Assembly: GCA_015066935.1 (NCBI GenBank)
Contig: SVNK01000010.1
Coordinates: 2,159-66,158 of the forward strand
Origin: Ruminococcus sp.
GTDB lineage: Bacteria; Bacillota; Clostridia; Oscillospirales; Ruminococcaceae
Reading direction: 5' to 3'
DNA length: 64,000 nucleotides
The notes under the pieces were generated by a model. The model was not told where the DNA came from and did no database searches. It saw only the letters and a list, made by a program, of their open reading frames with translations. Both the position numbers and the translations under genes were made by a program. This document shows, one piece after another, positions 1 to 7,869 of this stretch (the first letter of the stretch is position 1; each line of letters opens with the position of its first letter).

Positions 1-2
1 TG

Positions 3-671
3 CTTTCTGACGAATTCCGCAGAGGCAGAATATCTCTTGGTTCTTCAGCTGTTCACATTGACGTGCTCAAGCAAGAGATCGACAGGATGATTACTCTTGT
101 CGGACAGAATACAGAGATGTGCTATCATACAGTAATTGAGTCAGACAAGACAATGCTTCAGGAAGTAGAAAAAAACGAAGAAGTTATTGATACCATGAAC
201 AAGGAGATTTCACAGTACATATCCAGAATCCTTGTAAACAACAAAATCGGACACAGTGTAGAGGATATAGAGGAATACTTCCTTATCACGGGCAACGCTG
301 AGAGAATCGGTGACCATGCAGTTAATATTGCGGGATATATTGAGGTTATCAACCGCAAGTCGATTGTATTCTCTGAGGAAGCACGTTCTGAACTTGCTGA
401 AATGCAGAGTATTTCGAAGCAGACTATTGAAAAGCTTCTTAACAGGAGTGAGGCTCCTGAAAAATGGCTGTCAAGAGTTGCCGCACTTGAACAGAAAATC
501 GACGATATGACGGTTTCATACCGTGAAAAACACCTTGAACGTATGAGACAGGGAAAATGTACTGAGGAGGCATGCGTTCTGTATTCCGAACTTCTTACAG
601 ACTTTGAGAGAATCGGAGACCATGCACTGAATATTGCACAGTGTTTTTCCAAGATTCATGCAAAGGTATAA
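3..671 (+). CDS. Na/Pi-cotransporter-type protein, C-terminal PhoU-repeat region (5' end outside window)
   Basis: The frame of listed ORF 63..671 stays open back to the window edge. It has two PhoU-like repeats, each with an ERIGDHA(V/L)NIA motif. Confidence 0.65.
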   Translation, partial: LSDEFRRGRISLGSSAVHIDVLKQEIDRMITLVGQNTEMCYHTVIESDKTMLQEVEKNEEVIDTMNKEISQYISRILVNNKIGHSVEDIEEYFLITGNAERIGDHAVNIAGYIEVINRKSIVFSEEARSELAEMQSISKQTIEKLLNRSEAPEKWLSRVAALEQKIDDMTVSYREKHLERMRQGKCTEEACVLYSELLTDFERIGDHALNIAQCFSKIHAKV

Positions 672-677
672 TAATAC

Positions 678-853
678 AAGGCAACACCGCACAAAGCCCG
701 CCTGACGGCTTTGCACGAAATCTGCTTGCATATTTTCCGCCATTCTGCACAAAAATTCCTTGACATACGTCAGTATGCCTTCAGAATCTCTGTACGATCT
801 GTCGAAAAATCTGACTTCGCATCTTTCGCACAAGCTCTGTGTGGTATTGCCTT
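678..853. repeat. Long form (~175 bp) of an intergenic hairpin repeat family; sister long copy at 46053-46224
   Basis: The termini aaggcaacaccgcacaaag ... ctctgtgtggtattgcctt are inverted repeats. The interior is nearly identical to 46053-46224, which also shows as near-identical spurious peptides (MCERCEV..YVKEFLCRM..MQADFVQSRQ) in ORFs 516..833- and 45618..46205-. Confidence 0.85.
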
Positions 854-892
854 AAAAAGCCGACAGCATTTAAATGCTGTCGGCTTTGTTTT
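854..892. terminator. Bidirectional intrinsic terminator between convergent genes
   Basis: Perfect hairpin aaagccgacagcatt-taa-atgctgtcggcttt, flanked by an A-run and a T-run. Confidence 0.8.
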
Positions 893-1547
893 ACCAATTG
901 ATTACAGAGTGACTGTGGATGTAGAATTCCTCCTGACTGGGCTGCCATGCTTTGACTTTTGGCGGAAAGAGCTTATCAAATTCGGCAACTGCATCGGTGT
1001 CGCTGCAAGGTGCGTCGGCATTATTGGGATGATAAAACCACTTTCTGCCGTCGAGAGCGTCGTCCGAGAGAGTCTTTACAAGCAGTGCGGCAGGGAATAC
1101 ATCTCCCTCAAAGCAGACATTATACTTTTTGCAGCTTTTATAGCCTCTTGCTACGTAGTTATCGGGATTGCCGAAATTGATAACGGTATCGTAGCCCATA
1201 TTCCTTACAAGCTCAAAGGTATGCTCAAGCAGAGCTTTACCGCAGCCCATACGCTGGAATTCGGGGAGTACGCACAGCGGTCCCATTTGTACAACGGGCT
1301 TGATATTGCCGCTTTCATCGACCAATTCTGCTTTTGAGTACATAATTGCCGCAGCGATTCTGCCGTTTATTTCAAGGACATGAGCGAGTTCGGGGATAAA
1401 AGCCTCATGCTTTCTCATCACATGGATGAAATAGTGCTCATCGCAGCCGGGGAAGCTCAGATTCCAGAATGCTTCACGGGCGAGGTTTTCAACTTCACGG
1501 TAGTCATTTTCTGTTTCCAAACGGATAATATAGTCATTTTTATTCAT
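891..1547 (-). CDS. GNAT family N-acetyltransferase
   Basis: 218 aa with an acetyl-CoA binding-type motif, FQRMGCGKALLEH. Confidence 0.7.
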   Translation of the reverse strand: MNKNDYIIRLETENDYREVENLAREAFWNLSFPGCDEHYFIHVMRKHEAFIPELAHVLEINGRIAAAIMYSKAELVDESGNIKPVVQMGPLCVLPEFQRMGCGKALLEHTFELVRNMGYDTVINFGNPDNYVARGYKSCKKYNVCFEGDVFPAALLVKTLSDDALDGRKWFYHPNNADAPCSDTDAVAEFDKLFPPKVKAWQPSQEEFYIHSHSVINW

Positions 1548-1774
1548 TGTTTTTCCTCCTGAAAATTGTTGACGTCAATACGGGAGGTCTGGCTGAGATT
1601 GTATTTGCGCAAACCACCCGTTTACGCTGCAATCTCCTTTTTAGTGTATAGTTTCAAACAATACTCTCCTTGTATGTAGTTTCGGAGCAGACTGCTCCGC
1701 TGATTATATTGTATCATGAATATTGAGCGGTGTCAATAGGATTTCCGCAGTATTTACAGGAATTGATGCATTTT

Positions 1775-1790
1775 TATTGTAATCCTACAA
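1775..1790. repeat. Left copy of 16-bp direct repeat tattgtaatcctacaa flanking an AT-rich insertion
   Basis: Exact 16/16 match with 3240-3255. An adjacent 21-nt motif, caggaatNgaNgcatttttat, is also present at both ends (1757-1777 and 3260-3280; 19/21 identical). Confidence 0.8.
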
Positions 1791-1819
1791 AGGAATGGGG
1801 AGGTTTTTGCACAAGTGAC

Positions 1820-1848
1820 TTGAAATACAGGTTGTTTTATGTTATAAT
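1820..1848 (+). promoter_or_regulatory. Sigma-A-type promoter of the inserted DUF5655-like gene
   Basis: TTGAAA, 17-nt spacer, TATAAT. Confidence 0.6.
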
Positions 1849-1893
1849 CAAAATAGTTCATAGCTTCTAAAAAACGCATAATGGAGGTTGTAA

Positions 1894-2793
1894 ATGGCTG
1901 ATATAAAACTTTTCAATATAAAAGGACAAGTAGAAGAACTGCAATCCACACAGGTGACATTGGAAAAAGAACTTCAACAACTGCTGGAAGATAACATGTA
2001 TACGTTTTTTGGAGTTACTTTTTTAAAATCCGAGTACAGAATCACTAACGGCAGAATGGACAGCATTGGCATTGATGAAAACAATTGTCCGGTGATTTTT
2101 GAGTATAAACGTAGTCTGAACGAAAATGTAATTAATCAAGGATTATTCTACCTTGACTGGTTGTTGGACCATAAAGCGGATTTCAAATTGTTGGTAATGG
2201 ATATTCTTGGTGTAGAAAAAGCTGAAGCGATTGATTGGAGTATGCCTTGTGTTATATGTGTTGCAAATGATTTCACAAAGTTTGATGAGCATGCCGTAAA
2301 TCAGATGCAACGTAATATTAAATTGGTTAAGTACAAGAAATTTGGTGATGATTTGATTTCACTTGAGTATCTTAATGCACCACAAGTACAGCCCGTACTA
2401 GATGAAACAACTACAAAGCCTATAAAAAAGAACAATTGGAAAGACAAGGATTTTAAGCAATACTTCTCAGAGGCTGGAGAAAAGAATCAAAACTTATTCT
2501 ATTCCGTTCGTGACTATGTTCTTTCCTTAGGTGATGATGTTTCTGAGAACCAGTTGAAGCTATATGTTGCATTCAAAAAAGTCCGCAATATCGTTTGTGT
2601 TGAAGTATATCAAAGCAATCTGCTTTTACACCTCAGACTGAATCCTGATTCAGTAGATTTACAGCAAGGCTTTACAGAAGATGTACGAAACAAAGGTCAT
2701 TGGGGTACAGGTGATCTTCGTGTATATCTGAAGTCTGTCGAAGATTTTGAAAAGGCAAAACCTCTGATAGATAGAGCTTACAATGAAAACTAA
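1894..2793 (+). CDS. PD-(D/E)xK-like (NucS/DUF91-like) N-terminal domain protein with DUF5655-like C-terminal domain
   Basis: 299 aa. The N-terminal stretch GRMDSIGIDENNCPVIFEYKRS fits a D..(E)xK nuclease core. The gene is AT-rich relative to its neighbours, and GGAGG lies 6 nt upstream of the ATG. Confidence 0.5.
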   Translation: MADIKLFNIKGQVEELQSTQVTLEKELQQLLEDNMYTFFGVTFLKSEYRITNGRMDSIGIDENNCPVIFEYKRSLNENVINQGLFYLDWLLDHKADFKLLVMDILGVEKAEAIDWSMPCVICVANDFTKFDEHAVNQMQRNIKLVKYKKFGDDLISLEYLNAPQVQPVLDETTTKPIKKNNWKDKDFKQYFSEAGEKNQNLFYSVRDYVLSLGDDVSENQLKLYVAFKKVRNIVCVEVYQSNLLLHLRLNPDSVDLQQGFTEDVRNKGHWGTGDLRVYLKSVEDFEKAKPLIDRAYNEN

Positions 2794-2879
2794 GCATATA
2801 GTGCTCTGCATCTTTGATAAACATAAATATTGACATAAACCTCGACTTCTCTTATGAGTTGGGACGTTTTTGTGTACAG

Positions 2880-3141
2880 AATAGCATTTGATTCATCACA
2901 CCAGTGTGTTTGTTCTTCTTGCGCATACGTTTTATAAGTTCTATTTCTTCCTCTGTATGCTGATTAGGGGACGATGTGAGCGGTCTTTCAGCGACTCTAA
3001 TATACCATTATATCGTTCTATCAAGCGGTATATCGACGCTCTTCCTACGTTGTATCGCCTTGCAGCGGCTGTTACTCCTTTTTTCTCAGCATACTTAATT
3101 ATGGCTTGACGGCGAGTAGTTATTTGTGTTATAGTATTTAT
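2880..3141 (-). pseudogene. IS481-like (rve-type) transposase N-terminal remnant, frameshifted and truncated
   Basis: The reverse strand reads ..ITTRRQAIIKYAEKKGVTAAARRYNVGRASIYRLIERYNGILESLKDRSHRP. After a frameshift it continues PNQHTEEEIELIKRMRKKNKHTG. There is no ATG, and no catalytic domain follows. Confidence 0.6.
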
Positions 3142-3239
3142 GGCGGATCAGCTAACCTCCTGTTGCTTTTATTGTCGCAACTTAACTGTAACACGGGTCT
3201 ATGCTGCTCCGTTACCTTTTTTGTTAATAGTCTCATATC

Positions 3240-3255
3240 TATTGTAATCCTACAA
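3240..3255. repeat. Right copy of 16-bp direct repeat tattgtaatcctacaa
   Basis: Exact match with 1775-1790. Confidence 0.8.
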
Positions 3256-3284
3256 TTTGCAGGAATAGACGCATTTTTATACAG

Positions 3285-3313
3285 TTGACAATTCATGTGC
3301 GGAGTGATATAAT
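3285..3313 (+). promoter_or_regulatory. Sigma-A-type promoter of mtnN
   Basis: TTGACA, 17-nt spacer, TATAAT. Confidence 0.6.
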
Positions 3314-3353
3314 AAAGGCGGTGCCGCAGAATGCGGCTGAATGGAGGAAAACA

Positions 3354-4031
3354 ATGGATACAATCGTTATTATAGGAGCAATGCCATCGGAGCTTGCCGA
3401 CATACGTAATATGCTTGGAGAAGGCGAAATCAGACGCTTTTCCGGATTTGATTTTCATATAAACGAGCTTGGAGGAAAGACCGTTATCAATGTCTGCTGC
3501 GGAATTGCAAAGGTGAACGCAGCCCTCTGCACACAGGCTGCTATTGACAATTTCCATCCCGACTGCGTTATCAATACAGGTATCGCAGGCGGAATGAACA
3601 GTGACGTCAAGGTGTGTGATATTGTTATCTCAACCGAGGTTCTTCCCCACGACCTTGATCTGCATTTCCTTAATGACTATCCGCCATACTGTGGAATTTT
3701 CAAGTCTGATGAAAGACTTATGGAGACAGCCGAGAAGGTATGCGGTGAATTCGGTGTGAAGAGTTTCAGAGGACGCATTGTTTCGGGAGAGGCATTCATT
3801 TCCGACAGCAAGGTCAAGGCAGAAATACAGAGTCGTCTTAATCCTCATGCAGTTGATATGGAGAGTGCCGCAGTCGGACATGCTTGCTATCTGAACGATA
3901 TGCCGTATGTAAGTGTACGCTGCATTTCAGACAATGCCGATGACGAGGGTGCAATGTCCTTTGATGAATTCGAGAAGATTGCCGCAAAACGTGTAGCCGA
4001 AATCGTCCTCAGGATGACAGAGCTTCTTTAA
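3354..4031 (+). CDS. mtnN: 5'-methylthioadenosine/S-adenosylhomocysteine nucleosidase
   Basis: Motifs IVIIGAM, GIAKVNAA, NTGIAGG and DMESAAV are present. The ATG at 3354 is preceded by GGAGG; the listed ORF 3285.. starts too early. Confidence 0.85.
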   Translation: MDTIVIIGAMPSELADIRNMLGEGEIRRFSGFDFHINELGGKTVINVCCGIAKVNAALCTQAAIDNFHPDCVINTGIAGGMNSDVKVCDIVISTEVLPHDLDLHFLNDYPPYCGIFKSDERLMETAEKVCGEFGVKSFRGRIVSGEAFISDSKVKAEIQSRLNPHAVDMESAAVGHACYLNDMPYVSVRCISDNADDEGAMSFDEFEKIAAKRVAEIVLRMTELL

Positions 4032-4045
4032 CGGAGGGAAATAAT

Positions 4046-4933
4046 ATGAAAAAATTAACTGCACTTTTTACATCCGCAGTAATTGCGGCTTGTACGATGA
4101 CGTCTTTTACAGCCAATGCACAGGGACAGGATTATTCTCCACGTCTTTATTTCAAGACGGAGAAAAGCGACGAATATGATGTGCTTCCAAGCGGAAAAAT
4201 CTATATAAACACAAGCAGTACGGACGCTTCAAAGATTTCTTTCAATGCGAATGTGTTTATTGATGACAAGTGGAACAACGCCGGACTTGTTTTTGTGAAG
4301 TGGCAGGGCAGCGATAAGGGAATTGAGATTTCGGAATTTCTCAATCCTGTTGAATATGCAGGCGGTTCGCCGTATGCTGAGTTTGAAAAAGCGGAGGACA
4401 TCAGCTGGAGTCTTAATAAAGAGGAGAATTTTATCGGAGTAGCATACGTCTGTATGGTATTCGACAAGACTCTTACATTTAAGGGAGAGAAGTCTGATTC
4501 CTATCCGCTCGGAGGATTCAAGGCGAATGTTGATACGTCAATTCCCGCAGGAAATTACTCGGTAAATTTCATGAACGAGGATACACAGAAATGTGACATC
4601 CTTTACAGATTTGAGGATAACAGTACATATGAGGTATATCCTGTAGGAAATTATGCAAAGCCGCTTCCTATCGGAATTTCGGACCGTATGCTCGGTGATG
4701 TTGACGATACGGGAAAGCATGAAGCGTTTGATGCTTCAACGGTTCTTGCTGCATATGCTGACCTTTCCGCAAGCAAGGACACGGGTCTTTCCGACGCACA
4801 GCTTGTTGCGTCCGATGTTGACGGCGACGGAGTAATTACCGCAGCAGATGCATCAATGATTCTTTCGTACTATACATATCTGAACGGCGGCGGCAAGCTC
4901 AGTATTGTTGATTATCAGGCAGAGCTTGTATAA
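4046..4933 (+). CDS. Secreted dockerin-containing protein with an uncharacterised beta-rich N-terminal module
   Basis: The signal peptide is MKKLTALFTSAVIAACTMTSFTANA. The C-terminus holds duplicated dockerin Ca-binding repeats, GDVDDTGKHEAFDAS and SDVDGDGVITAADAS. Confidence 0.75.
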   Translation: MKKLTALFTSAVIAACTMTSFTANAQGQDYSPRLYFKTEKSDEYDVLPSGKIYINTSSTDASKISFNANVFIDDKWNNAGLVFVKWQGSDKGIEISEFLNPVEYAGGSPYAEFEKAEDISWSLNKEENFIGVAYVCMVFDKTLTFKGEKSDSYPLGGFKANVDTSIPAGNYSVNFMNEDTQKCDILYRFEDNSTYEVYPVGNYAKPLPIGISDRMLGDVDDTGKHEAFDASTVLAAYADLSASKDTGLSDAQLVASDVDGDGVITAADASMILSYYTYLNGGGKLSIVDYQAELV

Positions 4934-4974
4934 AAACAGGATTTCTGTCAATCCTCATATACGAGGTGACAGAA

Positions 4975-5589
4975 ATGAAAAAATATACAGGCATAATTAT
5001 GACAGCATCAATGGTGCTGACGATACTTATTTCAAACGCATTATCATTTGTCGATGATGGACGTCGGCTTGACGAGCTTCGTGGCAGTGTGCTTCGTCTT
5101 CATATTCTTGCTAACTCTGACAATGAGGAGGACCAGCGTCTGAAGCTCTGCGTCAGGGATGCACTTCTTGAACAAAGCGGAGAACTTTTTGCGTGTGCGG
5201 ATTCTCTTGAGGAGGCGGAAGCTGCTGCTGAGGCAGAGCTTCATGAAATTGAACGAATTGCCCGTGAGACGCTCGAATCTCAGGGGAGCAGCCAGACCGT
5301 AACGGCGAAACTTGTTGATATGCACTTTGATGAACGATTTTACGACGGACTTACAATGCCTGCGGGTGACTACAAGGCATTAAGAGTGGAGCTCGGAGAG
5401 GCTGAGGGACATAACTGGTGGTGTGTGATGTATCCGCCGCTTTGTCTGCCTGCGGCGTGTCGTGTGACGATTAACAAGACTGCTGAGGAGGCGCATTTTG
5501 ATAAGAAAGAGCTTGACATAATGTATCGTCCGAAGAAATACCGTATCCGTTTTGCTGTCTGGGACAAATTAAAGAGGTTGTTTGATTGA
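4975..5589 (+). CDS. spoIIR: Stage II sporulation protein R
   Basis: It has an N-terminal TM segment, the LRLHILANSD motif and the WWCVMYPPLC motif. GAGGTG lies 8 nt upstream of the ATG at 4975. Confidence 0.8.
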   Translation: MKKYTGIIMTASMVLTILISNALSFVDDGRRLDELRGSVLRLHILANSDNEEDQRLKLCVRDALLEQSGELFACADSLEEAEAAAEAELHEIERIARETLESQGSSQTVTAKLVDMHFDERFYDGLTMPAGDYKALRVELGEAEGHNWWCVMYPPLCLPAACRVTINKTAEEAHFDKKELDIMYRPKKYRIRFAVWDKLKRLFD

Positions 5590-5623
5590 AAATTGTGCAA
5601 TCTTACAAAAATAAAGCCTGTGC

Positions 5624-5652
5624 TTGACAAAAACGGATAAAAGTAGTATACT
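5624..5652 (+). promoter_or_regulatory. Sigma-A-type promoter of the infC-rpmI-rplT operon
   Basis: TTGACA, 17-nt spacer, TATACT. Confidence 0.65.
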
Positions 5653-5654
5653 AT

Positions 5655-5800
5655 TTGATGAAAACAAAGCAGAACAATTCGTTCTCACCGTCAGGCAAGG
5701 CTTAAACGGTCAATATTAACGTAATCCTCGGAAGAGGCAGGTTTGTATTGTTATGAGTGCGGATGTTTTCTGCACTCATTTTTGTTTTAAACCTATAATG
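5655..5800 (+). ncRNA. L20-type ribosomal-protein leader with attenuator hairpin (5753-5788)
   Basis: The leader is about 150 nt long and lies upstream of infC. It ends in the hairpin atgagtgcgga-tgttt-tctgcactcat followed by ttttgtttt. This position matches the Firmicute L20 leader. Confidence 0.6.
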
Positions 5801-5813
5801 GAGGTGCTTGACT

Positions 5814-6332
5814 ATTAGCAAACAGGAACTGCAGATCAACGAAGAAATCCGGGATAAGGAAATTCTGGTGATCGACGCTGACGGAAAAAAGCTCGGTGTA
5901 TTATCATCAAAAGAGGCACAGCAGATCGCTTTCGATCAGGAACTTGACCTTGTGAAGATTGCTCCTCAGGCTACACCGCCCGTATGCCGTATCATGGACT
6001 ACGGAAAGTACTGCTTCGAACAGCAGAAGCGTGAAAAGGAAGCAAGAAAGAATCAGAAGGTTGTTTCTATCAAGGAGATCAGAATGTTCTCAACGATTGA
6101 TACACACGATTTTGAAACAAAGGTTAATCAGGCAGTAAAGTTTTTGCAGGGCGGAGATAAGCTCAAGGTATCTGTAAGATTCAGAAAAAGAGCAATCGCA
6201 CATCCACAGCTCGGCGAAGAACTGCTGGAACGTTTCAAGGAAGCAGTTTCATCGGTCGGCACTGTGGAAAAGCCAGCTAAAATGGAGGGACGCAGCATTG
6301 TAATGTTCGTTTCCCCAAAGGCTGCTAAGTAA
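5814..6332 (+). CDS. infC: Translation initiation factor IF-3 (probable AUU start)
   Basis: The protein reads [24 protein letters not shown].. GGAGGTG at 5799-5805 is 8 nt from the ATT at 5814 but only 2 nt from the TTG at 5808 used in the ORF track. Confidence 0.9.
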   Translation: MSKQELQINEEIRDKEILVIDADGKKLGVLSSKEAQQIAFDQELDLVKIAPQATPPVCRIMDYGKYCFEQQKREKEARKNQKVVSIKEIRMFSTIDTHDFETKVNQAVKFLQGGDKLKVSVRFRKRAIAHPQLGEELLERFKEAVSSVGTVEKPAKMEGRSIVMFVSPKAAK

Positions 6333-6346
6333 GGAGGATAATAACA

Positions 6347-6550
6347 ATGGCAAAGGTTAAGGTTAAAACTCACTCTGGCGCAAAGAAGCGTTTTAAGATT
6401 ACAGGAAGCGGTAAGGTAAAGTACCAGCACACAAACAAGAGACACAGACTTACTCAGAAGGATACAAAGCGTAAGAGAATTGCTCGTAACGCAGGCGTTG
6501 CAGATTCATCAAACGCTCCTACAATCAAGAAGCTCGTTCCTTATATGTAA
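6347..6550 (+). CDS. rpmI: 50S ribosomal protein L35
   Basis: [23 protein letters not shown].. Confidence 0.95.
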   Translation: MAKVKVKTHSGAKKRFKITGSGKVKYQHTNKRHRLTQKDTKRKRIARNAGVADSSNAPTIKKLVPYM

Positions 6551-6610
6551 GACTGCGGAGCTGAGGCTCTGTTATCGTTTTTGTAATTTCAATATTGGAG
6601 GTAAAAGATT

Positions 6611-6964
6611 ATGGCACGTATTAAAGGTGCAATGATGACTCGTAAGAGAAGAAATAAGACTTTAAAGCTTGCTAAGGGCTATTTCGGTGCAAAGAGCAAG
6701 CACTTCAAGATGGCTAAACAGGCTGTAATGAAGTCAGGCAACTATGCATACATCGGAAGAAAGCAGAAGAAGAGACAGTTCAGACAGCTCTGGATCACAA
6801 GAATTTCTGCTGCTGCTAAGATGAATGGTATGAACTACTCAACATTCATGAACGGCTGCAAGAAGGCTGGCATCACACTCAACAGAAAGATGCTCTCTGA
6901 GATCGCAATCAACGATGCAGCAGGCTTCACAGCAATCGCTGATAAGGCAAAGGCTGCTCTCTGA
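6611..6964 (+). CDS. rplT: 50S ribosomal protein L20
   Basis: [26 protein letters not shown].. Confidence 0.95.
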   Translation: MARIKGAMMTRKRRNKTLKLAKGYFGAKSKHFKMAKQAVMKSGNYAYIGRKQKKRQFRQLWITRISAAAKMNGMNYSTFMNGCKKAGITLNRKMLSEIAINDAAGFTAIADKAKAAL

Positions 6965-6973
6965 TAAACATAT

Positions 6974-7010
6974 AAAACACGCTGCTTATTAAATAAGAGC
7001 GTGTTTTCTT
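6974..7010 (+). terminator. Intrinsic terminator after rplT
   Basis: Near-perfect hairpin aaaacacgctgcttatt/aaataagagcgtgtttt followed by a T-run. Confidence 0.8.
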
Positions 7011-7061
7011 GTAAAGGGTGAAACTCCTCCGCAAGGGGGAGCGCTGCCCTCTGTAACGGAG

Positions 7062-7856
7062 GTGTCAGTACTATTGGAAAACATAATTACATCAAAGGAT
7101 AATCCTGTTATCAAGCTGTATCAGAAGCTCTCGTCGTCGAAAAAAGAGAGACTTCAGTACGGCTTATTCGTGTTGGAGGGGTACCGTATAGTAGAGGACG
7201 CACTGAAAGAGTCAGCAGAGATACGCCACCTTCTTATAACGGAACAGTCATATGAAAAGTATTCGGAAGCATTATTACAGGCTGATTTGAGGAATACAAA
7301 GCTTATTGTTATTTCAAATGAGCTTGGAAGAAAAATTGCTTCCACCGACTCTACACAGGGAGTCTTTGCAATATGTGCAATTCCTGTGAAAAAATCGCTC
7401 TCCTTCAGACAGAACGGAAGATATGTTATTCTGCATCATCTTCAGGACCCCGGAAATCTCGGAATGATAATCCGTACAGCCGATGCACTCGGTATGGACG
7501 GAGTTGTAATGTGCGGCTGTTGTGATTTGTACAGTCCAAAGACAATCCGTTCCACAATGGGGTCTGTTTTCAGAATGAACATCACTGTTGAAAACAACGA
7601 AGATACGTTGTTTGAAGCGATTGAACGTGACGGAGTAAGAACTTATGCGGCAGTTATAGACAAGGATGCTGTTCCGCTTACCGAATGTTCATTTGTCGGA
7701 ACAAATGCAATAATGATAGGTAATGAGGGAAACGGTCTTCCAAAGGAAACAGCGGAAAGATGTACGGGACGAATGATAATTCCGATGAACGGAAACATAA
7801 ATTCTCTCAATGCAGCAATGGCGGCAGGTATTTTTATGTGGGAACTGAAAAAGTAA
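7062..7856 (+). CDS. TrmH/SpoU family RNA 2'-O-methyltransferase
   Basis: SpoU motifs are present: LQDPGNLGMIIRTA, GNEGNGL and SLNAAMAAGI. The start codon is uncertain. Confidence 0.8.
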   Translation: MSVLLENIITSKDNPVIKLYQKLSSSKKERLQYGLFVLEGYRIVEDALKESAEIRHLLITEQSYEKYSEALLQADLRNTKLIVISNELGRKIASTDSTQGVFAICAIPVKKSLSFRQNGRYVILHHLQDPGNLGMIIRTADALGMDGVVMCGCCDLYSPKTIRSTMGSVFRMNITVENNEDTLFEAIERDGVRTYAAVIDKDAVPLTECSFVGTNAIMIGNEGNGLPKETAERCTGRMIIPMNGNINSLNAAMAAGIFMWELKK

Positions 7857-7869
7857 CGGAGGAGCTGTT

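Noticed and set aside
516-1337. ORFs 516..833- and 711..1337+ (and 45618..46205-, 46020..46316+) running through the intergenic repeats.
   Set aside because: Their similarity to each other reflects the DNA repeat, not a conserved protein. They overlap real genes (the PhoU-domain gene, the GNAT gene and the PT-repeat protein) and canonical terminators.
3138-3557. 139-aa minus-strand ORF spanning the mtnN promoter and 5' coding region.
   Set aside because: It overlaps mtnN in antisense and crosses the insertion junction. The only coding signal nearby on that strand is the IS481-like remnant, which lies in a different frame and ends at about 3141.
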